A DNA stretch of 64,000 nucleotides, from positions 404,367 to 468,366 of the forward strand of contig CANNCP010000002.1 of assembly GCA_947503145.1 (NCBI GenBank), in the 5' to 3' direction. Each line of letters opens with the position of its first letter. Within the stretch, counting starts at the first letter, position 1. The notes beneath the pieces were generated by a model. That model saw nothing but the letters and a program-made list of their open reading frames with translations. It had not been told where the DNA came from and searched no databases. Positions 19,193 through 28,791 of the stretch are shown in pieces. The position numbers and the translations under genes were made by a program. This DNA comes from an uncultured Roseovarius sp. (GTDB taxonomy: Bacteria > Pseudomonadota > Alphaproteobacteria > Rhodobacterales > Rhodobacteraceae).

Positions 19193-20446
19193 TCATCCTT
19201 CGACAAAGATCAGCGCCGGAGTTTCCAGCAACGTCTTGATCTTTTGCACAAACACTGCCGCGTCCCAGCCGTCTATCACCCGGTGATCAAAACTCGACGA
19301 CAGGTTCATCATCTTGCGCGGCGCAAAGGCGCTGCCATCCCAGACCGGGCGAATGGCCATCTTGTTGACGCCGATAATCGCCACTTCGGGGCGGTTGATG
19401 ATCGGTGTGCTCATGATCCCGCCGAGTGGCCCCAGCGAAGTGATGGTGATCGTCGAGCCGGTAAGTTCGTCGCGCGCTGCACTTCCCGCCTTTGCCGCCT
19501 CGCTGACGCGGTTGAGTTCCGCCGCGCAGCCCCAAAGATCGCGCGCCTCGGCATGGCGCACGACCGGCACCATCAGCCCGGAATCGGTCTGGGCCGCGAT
19601 GCCGATATGCACGCCGCCGCTCTGCTGGATCATGCCTGCCTCGTCATCGTAATGCGCATTCAGACGCGGCTGCGCGGCAATCGCCCGCACCATCGCCCGC
19701 ATGAGGAACGGCAGCAGTGTCAGCCTTGGTTGATCGTCCTGTCGCGCCTTGTTGAGGTTGGTCCGCAGATCTTCGAGCGCGGTCATGTCGATTTCCTCGA
19801 CATAGGTGATATGGGCAACCCTTGCGGATGCCTGCGCCATCTTTTCCGCGATCTTGCGGCGTAGCCCGATGATCTTGATCTGCTCAACCGAGGTATTGCG
19901 CTGATAGCCCGTGATCTGCCCCGCGATGTCGGGCGCTACTGCCAGCCGGTCAAGATCCTCGTGGATGATCCTACCGGCCGGGCCGCTGCCCGCGACGCGG
20001 CGCAGATCAATGCCTGCCTCGCGCGCCCGCGCCCGCACCGAAGGCGAGGCCATCGGCTTGTCCCCTTCGGGGCGCGGCAGATGGGCGCCGCCAGGGGTGG
20101 GCGAAGGAGCGGTGGAAACCGGGCGCGCCGGCGCTTGGGGTTCGGTTGTTTCAGGTGCCTCTGCGGGGGGGGCTACCTCGGCTGCGGCTTCGGTATTGCC
20201 CGCGCCCGCCACTTCCAACCGGATCAGGGGTGCACCGACGGCCATCTTGTCGCCCGGAGCGGCCCCCAGCCAGAGCACCTTGCCGTCAGAAGGCGACGGG
20301 ATCTCGACCGTTGCCTTGTCGGTCATCACCGCTGCCAGCACCTGATCCTCGCGTACCAGATCACCAATCGCGACGGCCCATTCCGCCAGTTCCACCTCGG
20401 CGATCCCCTCGCCGACATCGGGCACCTTTATCGTGTGCTGGCCCAT
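19193..20446 (-). CDS. bkdB: Dihydrolipoamide acyltransferase (E2)
   Basis: Lipoyl motif MTDKATVE, E3-binding ASPSVRARA, catalytic FDHRVIDG. Confidence 0.92.
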   Translation of the reverse strand: MGQHTIKVPDVGEGIAEVELAEWAVAIGDLVREDQVLAAVMTDKATVEIPSPSDGKVLWLGAAPGDKMAVGAPLIRLEVAGAGNTEAAAEVAPPAEAPETTEPQAPARPVSTAPSPTPGGAHLPRPEGDKPMASPSVRARAREAGIDLRRVAGSGPAGRIIHEDLDRLAVAPDIAGQITGYQRNTSVEQIKIIGLRRKIAEKMAQASARVAHITYVEEIDMTALEDLRTNLNKARQDDQPRLTLLPFLMRAMVRAIAAQPRLNAHYDDEAGMIQQSGGVHIGIAAQTDSGLMVPVVRHAEARDLWGCAAELNRVSEAAKAGSAARDELTGSTITITSLGPLGGIMSTPIINRPEVAIIGVNKMAIRPVWDGSAFAPRKMMNLSSSFDHRVIDGWDAAVFVQKIKTLLETPALIFVEG

Positions 20447-20449
20447 ATC

Positions 20450-21463
20450 TCAGGCCTCCATCGTCTGGGTGAGAGCCGCGCCGACACGGGCGGGTCCGGG
20501 GAAGTAATCCCATTCCTGCGCGTGCGGATAGGGGGTGTCCCAGCCCGCCACGCGGCGGATTGGTGCCTCAAGGTGGTAAAAGCAATGCTCGGCCACCAGT
20601 GCCGCCAGTTCCGCGCCAAAGCCCGAGGTCAGCGTCGCCTCATGCACAATGACACAGCGCCCGGTCTTGCGCACCGAAGCGGTGATGGCCTCCAGATCGT
20701 AGGGCAGCAGCGTGCGCAGGTCGAGTACCTCGGCGTCGATGCCGGTATCCTCGGCGGCGGCCAGTGCCACATGCACCATCGTCCCATAAGCCAGAACGGT
20801 CACATCGCGCCCCTCGCGCCTGACCCTGGCCTGTCCCAGCGGCACGGTGAAGTGCCCCTCGGGCACCTCGCCGTCGGGATGGGCACCCCAGCCGGTTACC
20901 GGGCGCTCGTAATGTCCGTCGAACGGCCCGTTATAGAGGCGCTTGGGTTCGAGGAATATCACCGGATCAGGGTCCTCGATCGCGGCAATCAGCAGCCCCT
21001 TGGCGTCATGCGGATTGCTCGGCACCACCACCTTGAGCCCGGCCACATGGGTGAACAGGGCCTCGGGGCTCTGGCTATGGGTCTGGCCGCCAAAGATACC
21101 GCCGCCCGTCGGCATGCGGATCACTATGGGGCAGGTAAAATCCGCGTTCGAGCGGTAGCGGATGCGTGCTGCCTCCTGGGTGATCTGGTCATAGGCGGGA
21201 TACATATAGTCGGCGAACTGGATTTCGACGCAGGGGCGCATACCGTTGGCCGCCATGCCGATGGCGGTGCCGACGATGCCGCTCTCGCTGATGGGGGCAT
21301 CGAAACAGCGATGCGGCCCGTATTTCTCTTGCAAGCCCTGCGTGGCGCGGAACACGCCGCCGAAATAGCCCACGTCCTCGCCGTAGACCACGACCGTTTC
21401 ATCCCGGCCCATGGCGACATCCATACCGTCGCGGATGGCCTGAATCATCGTCATGCGTACCAT
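20450..21463 (-). CDS. bkdA2: 2-oxoisovalerate dehydrogenase E1 beta
   Basis: YGEDVGYFGGVFR, EIQFADY, GGQTHSQSPE, DTPYPHAQEW. Confidence 0.92.
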   Translation of the reverse strand: MVRMTMIQAIRDGMDVAMGRDETVVVYGEDVGYFGGVFRATQGLQEKYGPHRCFDAPISESGIVGTAIGMAANGMRPCVEIQFADYMYPAYDQITQEAARIRYRSNADFTCPIVIRMPTGGGIFGGQTHSQSPEALFTHVAGLKVVVPSNPHDAKGLLIAAIEDPDPVIFLEPKRLYNGPFDGHYERPVTGWGAHPDGEVPEGHFTVPLGQARVRREGRDVTVLAYGTMVHVALAAAEDTGIDAEVLDLRTLLPYDLEAITASVRKTGRCVIVHEATLTSGFGAELAALVAEHCFYHLEAPIRRVAGWDTPYPHAQEWDYFPGPARVGAALTQTMEA

Positions 21464-21465
21464 GA

Positions 21466-22788
<1,323 letters not shown>

Positions 22789-22837
22789 TCACCTGATCTG
22801 CAATTGAACCGTGCGTCAAGTTTTGCGGCTGGCGTAT

Positions 22838-23098
22838 TCAGACGGCACTCATCGCCTCGTATTCAGTCGAGGAAAGCACGGCTCCTTGTTCATCCACATC
22901 GACCCGAATCCCGAGTTTTGCAGAGGCGAAAACCTGGTGAGGTTTATTGTCGTCATCGCCTACGCCCACCTCGAACCAACGGTTGATCGTGCCGATATGT
23001 ATGGCGTCGTCCAGATCATTGATGCTGATGCCAAATGCCCGGGCAACGGCAGCCTTATCAATCTCGGCCCTGTCGGCGGGAAGCGTAATCTTGAACAT
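22838..23098 (-). CDS. DUF6522-like small protein
   Basis: EIDKAAVARAFGIS...AIHIGTINRWFEVGVGDD...IRVDVDEQGAVL resembles the DUF6522 pattern; GAGGA RBS. Confidence 0.6.
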   Translation of the reverse strand: MFKITLPADRAEIDKAAVARAFGISINDLDDAIHIGTINRWFEVGVGDDDNKPHQVFASAKLGIRVDVDEQGAVLSSTEYEAMSAV

Positions 23099-23295
23099 CG
23101 GTTCCTCCACAGACGTTCGGTTTGGCCGACATCCCCCTGGCAGGAGATCCCGGAACCGGGTGATTTTGCGGTCGTGTAATCCAGCCGGGAACACCGCCTG
23201 ACCAGAAGCGTTTCGAGACTGACCCAACTTGCCGGTTTTTCCGAAACACCCACACGATCAACAGGTTGTGCGCGCCTCGATCCGCGAAGCGGTGA

Positions 23296-23556
23296 TCAGG
23301 CGCTGTTACGGGTGATTGCCACCTGCCAGACCTCCGGCCCGTCTATCAGGAACTCGGATTGAAACTGATCGGGCCAGCTTTGCTCGATCCGCCGCAGCAG
23401 CGGGATCGGTGCGTGGTCATTGATCAGCACGAAGGTCGCGCCGGGGTCGAGCGCATCAATCGCCGCAAAGACCGTCGCATGACGCTCGGGCGGGATCATG
23501 GTGCGCAGATCGACGACGACAGGGGTGGCGGCGTCAGGATGAGTGGTGGCGTGCAT
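23296..23556 (-). CDS. DUF2249 domain protein
   Basis: DLRTMIPPERH...LINDHAPIPL...GPEVWQVAI; AGGAG RBS. Confidence 0.85.
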   Translation of the reverse strand: MHATTHPDAATPVVVDLRTMIPPERHATVFAAIDALDPGATFVLINDHAPIPLLRRIEQSWPDQFQSEFLIDGPEVWQVAITRNSA

Positions 23557-23603
23557 CGGGCTCTCCTTTGATCATGGGCATTTCATTGCTATATCCACAA
23601 AAG

Positions 23604-23618
23604 AATATTGTCAATATT
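23604..23618. promoter_or_regulatory. Perfect palindrome AATATTG-T-CAATATT, candidate operator
   Basis: AT-rich dyad in the divergent region between DUF2249 and the Rrf2 operon. Confidence 0.4.
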
Positions 23619-23659
23619 TCTTTGATCGCGTATGGAGATGCGACCACAAGGAGGACCTC

Positions 23660-23923
23660 ATGGCCGAGCGAATGCAGGGATACGTCTCACTCGGGCGTCG
23701 GATGGCCGACAAAAGCAAGCCGACGGCGCGAAATCGCGATCATTTCGCGAGTCTGCCCGACGTCTCGTCAAGGCAGGTCCCGGCCCGCGACAGGCGCGGG
23801 GGCGCCGCTCGGGTTGTGCGTTTTCTCGCAAATGCGGCACTTGTGAAATGGGGGCAGACAACGGCATTCTGTCCGACGACACCGCGCGGCGCGGAACCCA
23901 AGGAGACCCCCTCATGCGGCTGA
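23660..23923 (+). CDS. Possible small leader ORF (87 aa), no family recognised
   Basis: Strong AAGGAGG RBS 5 nt before the ATG; stop overlaps the Rrf2 start; codon use is not typical. Confidence 0.25.
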   Translation: MAERMQGYVSLGRRMADKSKPTARNRDHFASLPDVSSRQVPARDRRGGAARVVRFLANAALVKWGQTTAFCPTTPRGAEPKETPSCG

Positions 23924-24360
23924 CCATGCTGTCCGACTATGCGCTGCGGGTGCTGATGTATGCTGCGGCAAATCCGGATCGGCTGGTGACCATCGACGAG
24001 ACGCTGAGGGCTTTTCCGGTTTCGCGTGGTCATATCATGAAAGTGGTTCTTACCCTCGGGCAGGCCGGGATCCTGCGATCCCAGCGGGGGCGCGCGGGTG
24101 GGTTCACTCTGGCCGTGCCGCCCGATAACATCAGGTTGGGCGATGTATTGCGGCTGACCGAACCGGATTATCGGCTGGTCGAGTGTCAGGGATCGCAGAG
24201 CACCTGCCCGATCACCAGCGCCTGCAAGTTACCGGCGATCGCGCAGGCCGCGCTGGCCGCGTTCATGACGGTGATGGACGAACACACATTGGCGGATGTA
24301 ATGTTGCAGCCCGCCGACTTCTTTTCGCAACCCGGCAATGACAGGAGGCAGGTAACTTGA
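23914..24360 (+). CDS. Rrf2-family transcriptional regulator (NsrR-like)
   Basis: MRLTMLSDYALRVLMY, RGRAGG wing, three Cys in VECQGSQSTCPITSAC. Confidence 0.9.
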   Translation: MRLTMLSDYALRVLMYAAANPDRLVTIDETLRAFPVSRGHIMKVVLTLGQAGILRSQRGRAGGFTLAVPPDNIRLGDVLRLTEPDYRLVECQGSQSTCPITSACKLPAIAQAALAAFMTVMDEHTLADVMLQPADFFSQPGNDRRQVT

Positions 24361-25553
24361 CCAGCCCAGACACAGCAACCAAAAGACCCGAGACCGGGCC
24401 GTTATCACATCTTGGACGTATCATCGCCATAGCCAGCGGCAAGGGCGGGGTCGGCAAATCGACAGTGACGGCCAATCTGGCCGTGACATTGGCACAGCGG
24501 GGCCTGCGCGTCGGGCTGGTCGATGCGGATCTGTACGGGCCGTCAATCCCCGGCATGCTGGGTATTGCCACCGACGTGCCCCCGGTAATGTCGCCGGAAG
24601 GCAAGGTCATCCCCGCCGAAGCGCATGGCGTCAAGGTGATGTCGATGGCGATGCTGACCGGAGACGACAACCCGGCGATCCTGCGCGGCCCGATGGTGAC
24701 GAAATACCTGCAGATGTTCATCGCGCAAGTGCAGTGGGGCGAGCTTGATGTACTGCTGCTTGACCTGCCACCGGGCACCGGCGATACGCAGCTGACACTG
24801 GCGCAGTCCTTTCCGCTGACCGGCGCTGTCGTCGTCAGCACGCCGCAGGACGTCAGCCTGAAAATCGCGCGGCGCGGGTTGCGGATGCTGGAGAAGGTGA
24901 ATGTGCCGATCCTCGGAATTGTCGAAAACATGAGCGGCTTTACCTGCCCTTCATGCAGCGAGGTCACGCATATCTTTCATCAGGGCGGCGGCAAGGAGAT
25001 CGCGGCAACATTGGGGGTGCCATATCTTGGGGCCATTCCGCTTGACCCGGCGATCGTTGACAGCGGCGACAACGGCGTGCCGTTGGCAATCGCCGCGCCT
25101 GACTGCCCTGCCGCCGGGGCCTATGCCATGATCGCCGATGCCCTGACGGCTGATCTGGCCCAGCCATCCGGCATCCAGATTCCGTTCGACTGGCATCTGG
25201 ACGCAGGCACCGGCAAGCCCGCGCCGGTAGCGGCGGCACCCCAGGCGGCAACGGATCGGCCCTTGGCGCTGGATTACGACGCGACCGGCCTGACGATCCG
25301 CTGGGCCGACCGGACCCAGACCATCGACCCGCGCGAATTGCGCCTGGCCTGTAGCTGTGCGGCCTGCCGCGACGAAATCAGCGGCAAGCAGTTGCTCAAC
25401 CCGGCCTCGGTGCCGCTGGACGTCATGCCGACGCGGATCTGGAGTGTCGGCAACTATGCCTTGGGAATCGCATTCAGCGACGGGCACTCTTCGGGGATCT
25501 ACCCCCTTACCATGCTGCGCCGGATCGAAAGCGCCGAGGCCGAAGATGTCTGA
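24357..25553 (+). CDS. Mrp/ApbC (NBP35) Fe-S carrier ATPase fused to a C-terminal DUF971 domain
   Basis: SGKGGVGKST, DADLYGPS, DLPPGTGD, ENMSGFTCPSC; then ELRLACSCAACRDE...VGNYAL...FSDGH. TTG start overlaps the Rrf2 stop. Confidence 0.88.
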   Translation: MTSPDTATKRPETGPLSHLGRIIAIASGKGGVGKSTVTANLAVTLAQRGLRVGLVDADLYGPSIPGMLGIATDVPPVMSPEGKVIPAEAHGVKVMSMAMLTGDDNPAILRGPMVTKYLQMFIAQVQWGELDVLLLDLPPGTGDTQLTLAQSFPLTGAVVVSTPQDVSLKIARRGLRMLEKVNVPILGIVENMSGFTCPSCSEVTHIFHQGGGKEIAATLGVPYLGAIPLDPAIVDSGDNGVPLAIAAPDCPAAGAYAMIADALTADLAQPSGIQIPFDWHLDAGTGKPAPVAAAPQAATDRPLALDYDATGLTIRWADRTQTIDPRELRLACSCAACRDEISGKQLLNPASVPLDVMPTRIWSVGNYALGIAFSDGHSSGIYPLTMLRRIESAEAEDV

Positions 25554-26784
25554 TACCCCGACACAGCGACGGATACGGGCGCAGGCCTCTCCCCGCGACC
25601 CGCAAACCCTGCGCTTTATCCTGGATGCGCCGGTCCAGCCAGACAGGGCGGCAAGCTATGATGGCCCGGTCGAGACCGCGCCGCTGGCCGTCGCTCTGTT
25701 CGCGATCGACGGGGTGCAAGAGGTAAAGGTGACAGAAGAGACGATCCTGGTGACCTGTTCCCCCGGCGGTGACTGGCAGGCGCTCAAGGCGTCGGTCGCC
25801 GACGCGATCCGGCGGGTTCTGGATGCGACCGACCTGCCGCTTGGCGAAGCGACGGATGCGCCCGGTTCAATGACGGACGACGCGGCGCTGCTGGTGAAGG
25901 TGAACGATATTCTCGACCGGCAGGCCAACCCGTCCATCGCCAAACACGGAGGCCGTGTTTCGGCTGAAAGTGTCGAGGACCGCATTATCTATCTGCGCAT
26001 GTCAGGCGGCTGCCACGGCTGCGCATCATCGGCGCTGACGCTCAGGCATGGCGTCGAGAAGATTCTGCGCACGGCTCTGCCCGAGATACGCGAAATCGTC
26101 GATGTGACCGACCACGCGACCGGGAAAAACCCCTATTATCAAGGAACGCCCGGTCAGGCCCCGACCTTTACACAGCCGGTTCCGGCCGATTGCATCGCCT
26201 GGGAAGATGGCCAGATGATGATTGACCCGGACTACCTTGCGCCCCGCATTGGGCTGACGCCCGAGCAATTGCAGGCCGGGCTGGCAAGCGGCGACGTCAC
26301 CATCACGACCCAGACCGCGCCGGGGGCGGATACAGATCGCACTCGGGTGATCGTGCGCGGGCCACAGCGCGCCTGGGCGGCCGATGTTCTGCCGGACGGG
26401 ACCGCAAGAGAGGTGCCGCCACCGCGACCACCATCGGCGGCCGAACAGGCGATCAGCAACCTGCCGCGCCGGGTGCGCGCCTATCTCGACGCGCAGCCAT
26501 CCGCGACGCTGCCGATCACCTATGGCCGCCTGGCGCGGGGTTTGGGCATGTATGCGCCGGGATCGGTGCGCAAGGTCACTGCGGCACTTGAGGCCACGAT
26601 GCGCGAGGACGCCGCCGCCGACCGACCGTTCATCGCCGCGCGGGCCGTGTCGCGCGGGCCCGCACAAAGCCCCGGCAAGGGTTTTTTCGACCTGGCTCGC
26701 GCTCTGGGGCGCGGCCCGCAATCCGGAGAATCCGAGCAGGACTTTCACCGTCGGCAATTGATGGCAATTCCCGGCCCCGACTGA
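25546..26784 (+). CDS. Nfu-type Fe-S protein with extra C-terminal DUF6522-like and unassigned domains
   Basis: Nfu_N-like N-terminus; NifU-C domain HGG...GGCHGC; DVTDHATGKNPYY; about 190 further residues. Start overlaps the mrp end. Confidence 0.82.
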   Translation: MSDTPTQRRIRAQASPRDPQTLRFILDAPVQPDRAASYDGPVETAPLAVALFAIDGVQEVKVTEETILVTCSPGGDWQALKASVADAIRRVLDATDLPLGEATDAPGSMTDDAALLVKVNDILDRQANPSIAKHGGRVSAESVEDRIIYLRMSGGCHGCASSALTLRHGVEKILRTALPEIREIVDVTDHATGKNPYYQGTPGQAPTFTQPVPADCIAWEDGQMMIDPDYLAPRIGLTPEQLQAGLASGDVTITTQTAPGADTDRTRVIVRGPQRAWAADVLPDGTAREVPPPRPPSAAEQAISNLPRRVRAYLDAQPSATLPITYGRLARGLGMYAPGSVRKVTAALEATMREDAAADRPFIAARAVSRGPAQSPGKGFFDLARALGRGPQSGESEQDFHRRQLMAIPGPD

Positions 26785-26819
26785 GGACAGGCGCCGGAAA
26801 CCGACATGCGCGCAACGCG

Positions 26820-27188
26820 CTATTGAAGCATGAAGGTCGCCAGAAGGTCGATTTGCAGAAACATGAGCACAAACGCGGTGTTCATCGCCCAGGCCACACA
26901 TAGCAGTCGCGCAAGATTGCCCCAGAACGCGGTGGCATTCGCCGCGCATCGCCAGATTCCGACGACTATCCAGACGGTATAGAGGGCTGAAACGACGATC
27001 AGCGTCTGTTGGAGCGCAATCTGGTTCAGATAGTAGGCCGTGGCAAACAGCACCGCGAGGACCGAACCGGCCACGACACCATATCCCCAGAAAACCAACC
27101 GGAGCGACGCCTTGCCCCGCCAGACCCGGATCTCGGGGGCGAGAAACACACAAAGCGCCGAACCGATTGATGGGCCCCGATCTGCCAT
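26820..27188 (-). CDS. Hypothetical small membrane protein (about 3 TM segments)
   Basis: WRGKASLRLVFWGYG, VVGIWRCA, WGNLARLL. Confidence 0.65.
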   Translation of the reverse strand: MADRGPSIGSALCVFLAPEIRVWRGKASLRLVFWGYGVVAGSVLAVLFATAYYLNQIALQQTLIVVSALYTVWIVVGIWRCAANATAFWGNLARLLCVAWAMNTAFVLMFLQIDLLATFMLQ

Positions 27189-27484
27189 TTGCGGATACCT
27201 TACCTCAATTCAGCTCGACCTTCGGAGCAGCCCAGGTGAGTGTCATGAACACATTTGCCCTGTAAACGCTGCCTCATGCTACCGGGCGAATACCTGTCTC
27301 CTATTTAAAGCCTTTCAGGGAAAACCTGAATCACAAGTTTGTCTCGAAACTTCCATAACCTGACTACTGGCGCGCGATACGGGCGCGGAAACTCGCGATG
27401 CCGAAGAGATCAACAAGATGCCACTGCCGGGCGCAATTCCCGTTTTCGCAGGACTGATACTCTCGCGGCGGGTGCCCCGGCCAT

Positions 27485-27528
27485 TAAAGTGTTCGCCTTG
27501 TATCTGATTTGCAGACAAGGCGAAACGC
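27485..27528. repeat. Palindromic element of the GCGTTTCGCCTT / AAGGCGAAACGC family
   Basis: GTTCGCCTTGT...ACAAGGCGAAACGC; related copies at 2166-2203, 17125-17137 and 32009-32051. Confidence 0.55.
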
Positions 27529-27661
27529 AGTGTGACAAGTCAGCATTTCTGACCCCGGACCCAGCCCATGACCCGATTCGACGTTATCACCCTCGGCGCA
27601 GGTTGCGCCGAAGCTGACCCGGCTAGGCAGCCATGCTGTTTAAGCCCCTCACCTTTCTTGC

Positions 27662-27690
27662 TTGCATGACGGTCCGAAATGTCGCATAGT
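27662..27690 (+). promoter_or_regulatory. Putative sigma70 promoter of cspA, giving a 5' UTR of about 110 nt
   Basis: TTGCAT, 17 nt spacer, CATAGT; a long leader is typical of cold-shock genes. Confidence 0.55.
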
Positions 27691-27809
27691 ATCGGGTGCG
27701 ACGTTAAAGCTATCGACCGCCTGCTCCTCACGGCTCAGTCACTCGATCCTGCACGACTAGCCGGGCTGCCGCACTCCGCGGGCAGCAATCAAAGAAGGAT
27801 ACCTACGGC

Positions 27810-28016
27810 ATGGCTAATGGCACCGTAAAATGGTTCAACTCAACTAAAGGCTTCGGCTTTATCGCACCGGAATCCGGTGGCAAGGACGTTTTCGTTCACA
27901 TTTCCGCAGTCGAGCGCGCCGGTCTGACCGGTCTGGCCGACGACCAGAAAGTGACATTCGACGTCGAGGCAGGCCGCGACGGTCGCGAATCCGCGACGAA
28001 TATCGCACTGGCATAA
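27810..28016 (+). CDS. cspA: Cold-shock protein
   Basis: GTVKWFN, RNP1 KGFGFI, RNP2 VFVHIS. Confidence 0.96.
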   Translation: MANGTVKWFNSTKGFGFIAPESGGKDVFVHISAVERAGLTGLADDQKVTFDVEAGRDGRESATNIALA

Positions 28017-28040
28017 GCCGCTACGCATAATGTTGAGATC

Positions 28041-28061
28041 GGGGCCTTCGGGCCCCTTTTT
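28041..28061 (+). terminator. Intrinsic terminator of cspA
   Basis: GGGGCC-TTCG-GGCCCC followed by TTTTT. Confidence 0.8.
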
Positions 28062-28073
28062 CATTTCCGGCCT

Positions 28074-28790
28074 TCATTTCCGGCGCGCGCGCACAATCAG
28101 TGCCGCGACCGACGGGCCGATCCCGGCCACGATCCGCGCCACGCCTTCGGTGTTCGGATGGATGCCGTCGGCCTGAAAAAACGCCTGTGCACTGCCGGGG
28201 TCCTGGGTTCCTAACCCGTGAAAGAAACTCTCTAGATAAAGCGTCTCGTAAGTCTCGGCCAGTTCGGGATAGATTGCATCGAACGCCGCCTTGTACTCTG
28301 GCCCGTAATTGCCCGGCGCCTGAAACCCGATCAGCAGGACGGCGACGCCTCGCGCGCGGGCGGCCTGCAGGATTTTCTCAAGGTTGGCGCGACTTACTGC
28401 CGGATCAAGGCCGCGCAGCAGGTCATTGCCCCCCAGCGCCACGATCATCGCGTCGACCTCATCCGTCAGGCTCCATTCCACGCGCGCAGCCCCGCCCTGA
28501 GTGGTATCACCCGACACGCCGCCGTTGATCAGTCGCGCTTCGGTGCCTTCCTGCCCTTCCAGCCAGCGCCCCAACTGCGGCACAAACCCGTCATCCTGCA
28601 CCAGCCCGTAACCCTGTGTCAGGCTGTCGCCCAGCGCCAGCACTGTCACCGGCTCTTTGGCGTCGGCGGACGCGGCGGCGGCGGGGATGGTGGCCAGAAG
28701 GACTGCGGCCAAAAGAAAGGCCAGCCGCGCCTTGCTCCTCGGGCCGCATGTCCCATATGTCAAAAAACCCTTCGCAAACAGGCGCAACAC
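28074..28790 (-). CDS. tesA: Arylesterase / acyl-CoA thioesterase I (SGNH hydrolase)
   Basis: LGDSLTQG, GVSGDTT, LGGND, DGIHP. The exact start is uncertain. Confidence 0.88.
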   Translation of the reverse strand: MLRLFAKGFLTYGTCGPRSKARLAFLLAAVLLATIPAAAASADAKEPVTVLALGDSLTQGYGLVQDDGFVPQLGRWLEGQEGTEARLINGGVSGDTTQGGAARVEWSLTDEVDAMIVALGGNDLLRGLDPAVSRANLEKILQAARARGVAVLLIGFQAPGNYGPEYKAAFDAIYPELAETYETLYLESFFHGLGTQDPGSAQAFFQADGIHPNTEGVARIVAGIGPSVAALIVRARRK

Positions 28791-28791
28791 A

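Noticed and set aside
22803-22819. TTGAAC-N4-CGTCAA-like dyad upstream of bkdA1
   Set aside because: The spacing does not fit FNR and the symmetry is weak. It is a single instance and cannot be supported.
23540-23914. FNR or canonical NsrR box controlling the Fe-S module
   Set aside because: TTGAT half-sites occur, but none has a matching ATCAA half at N4 spacing, and I saw no ATGYAT-N5-ATRCAT dyad.
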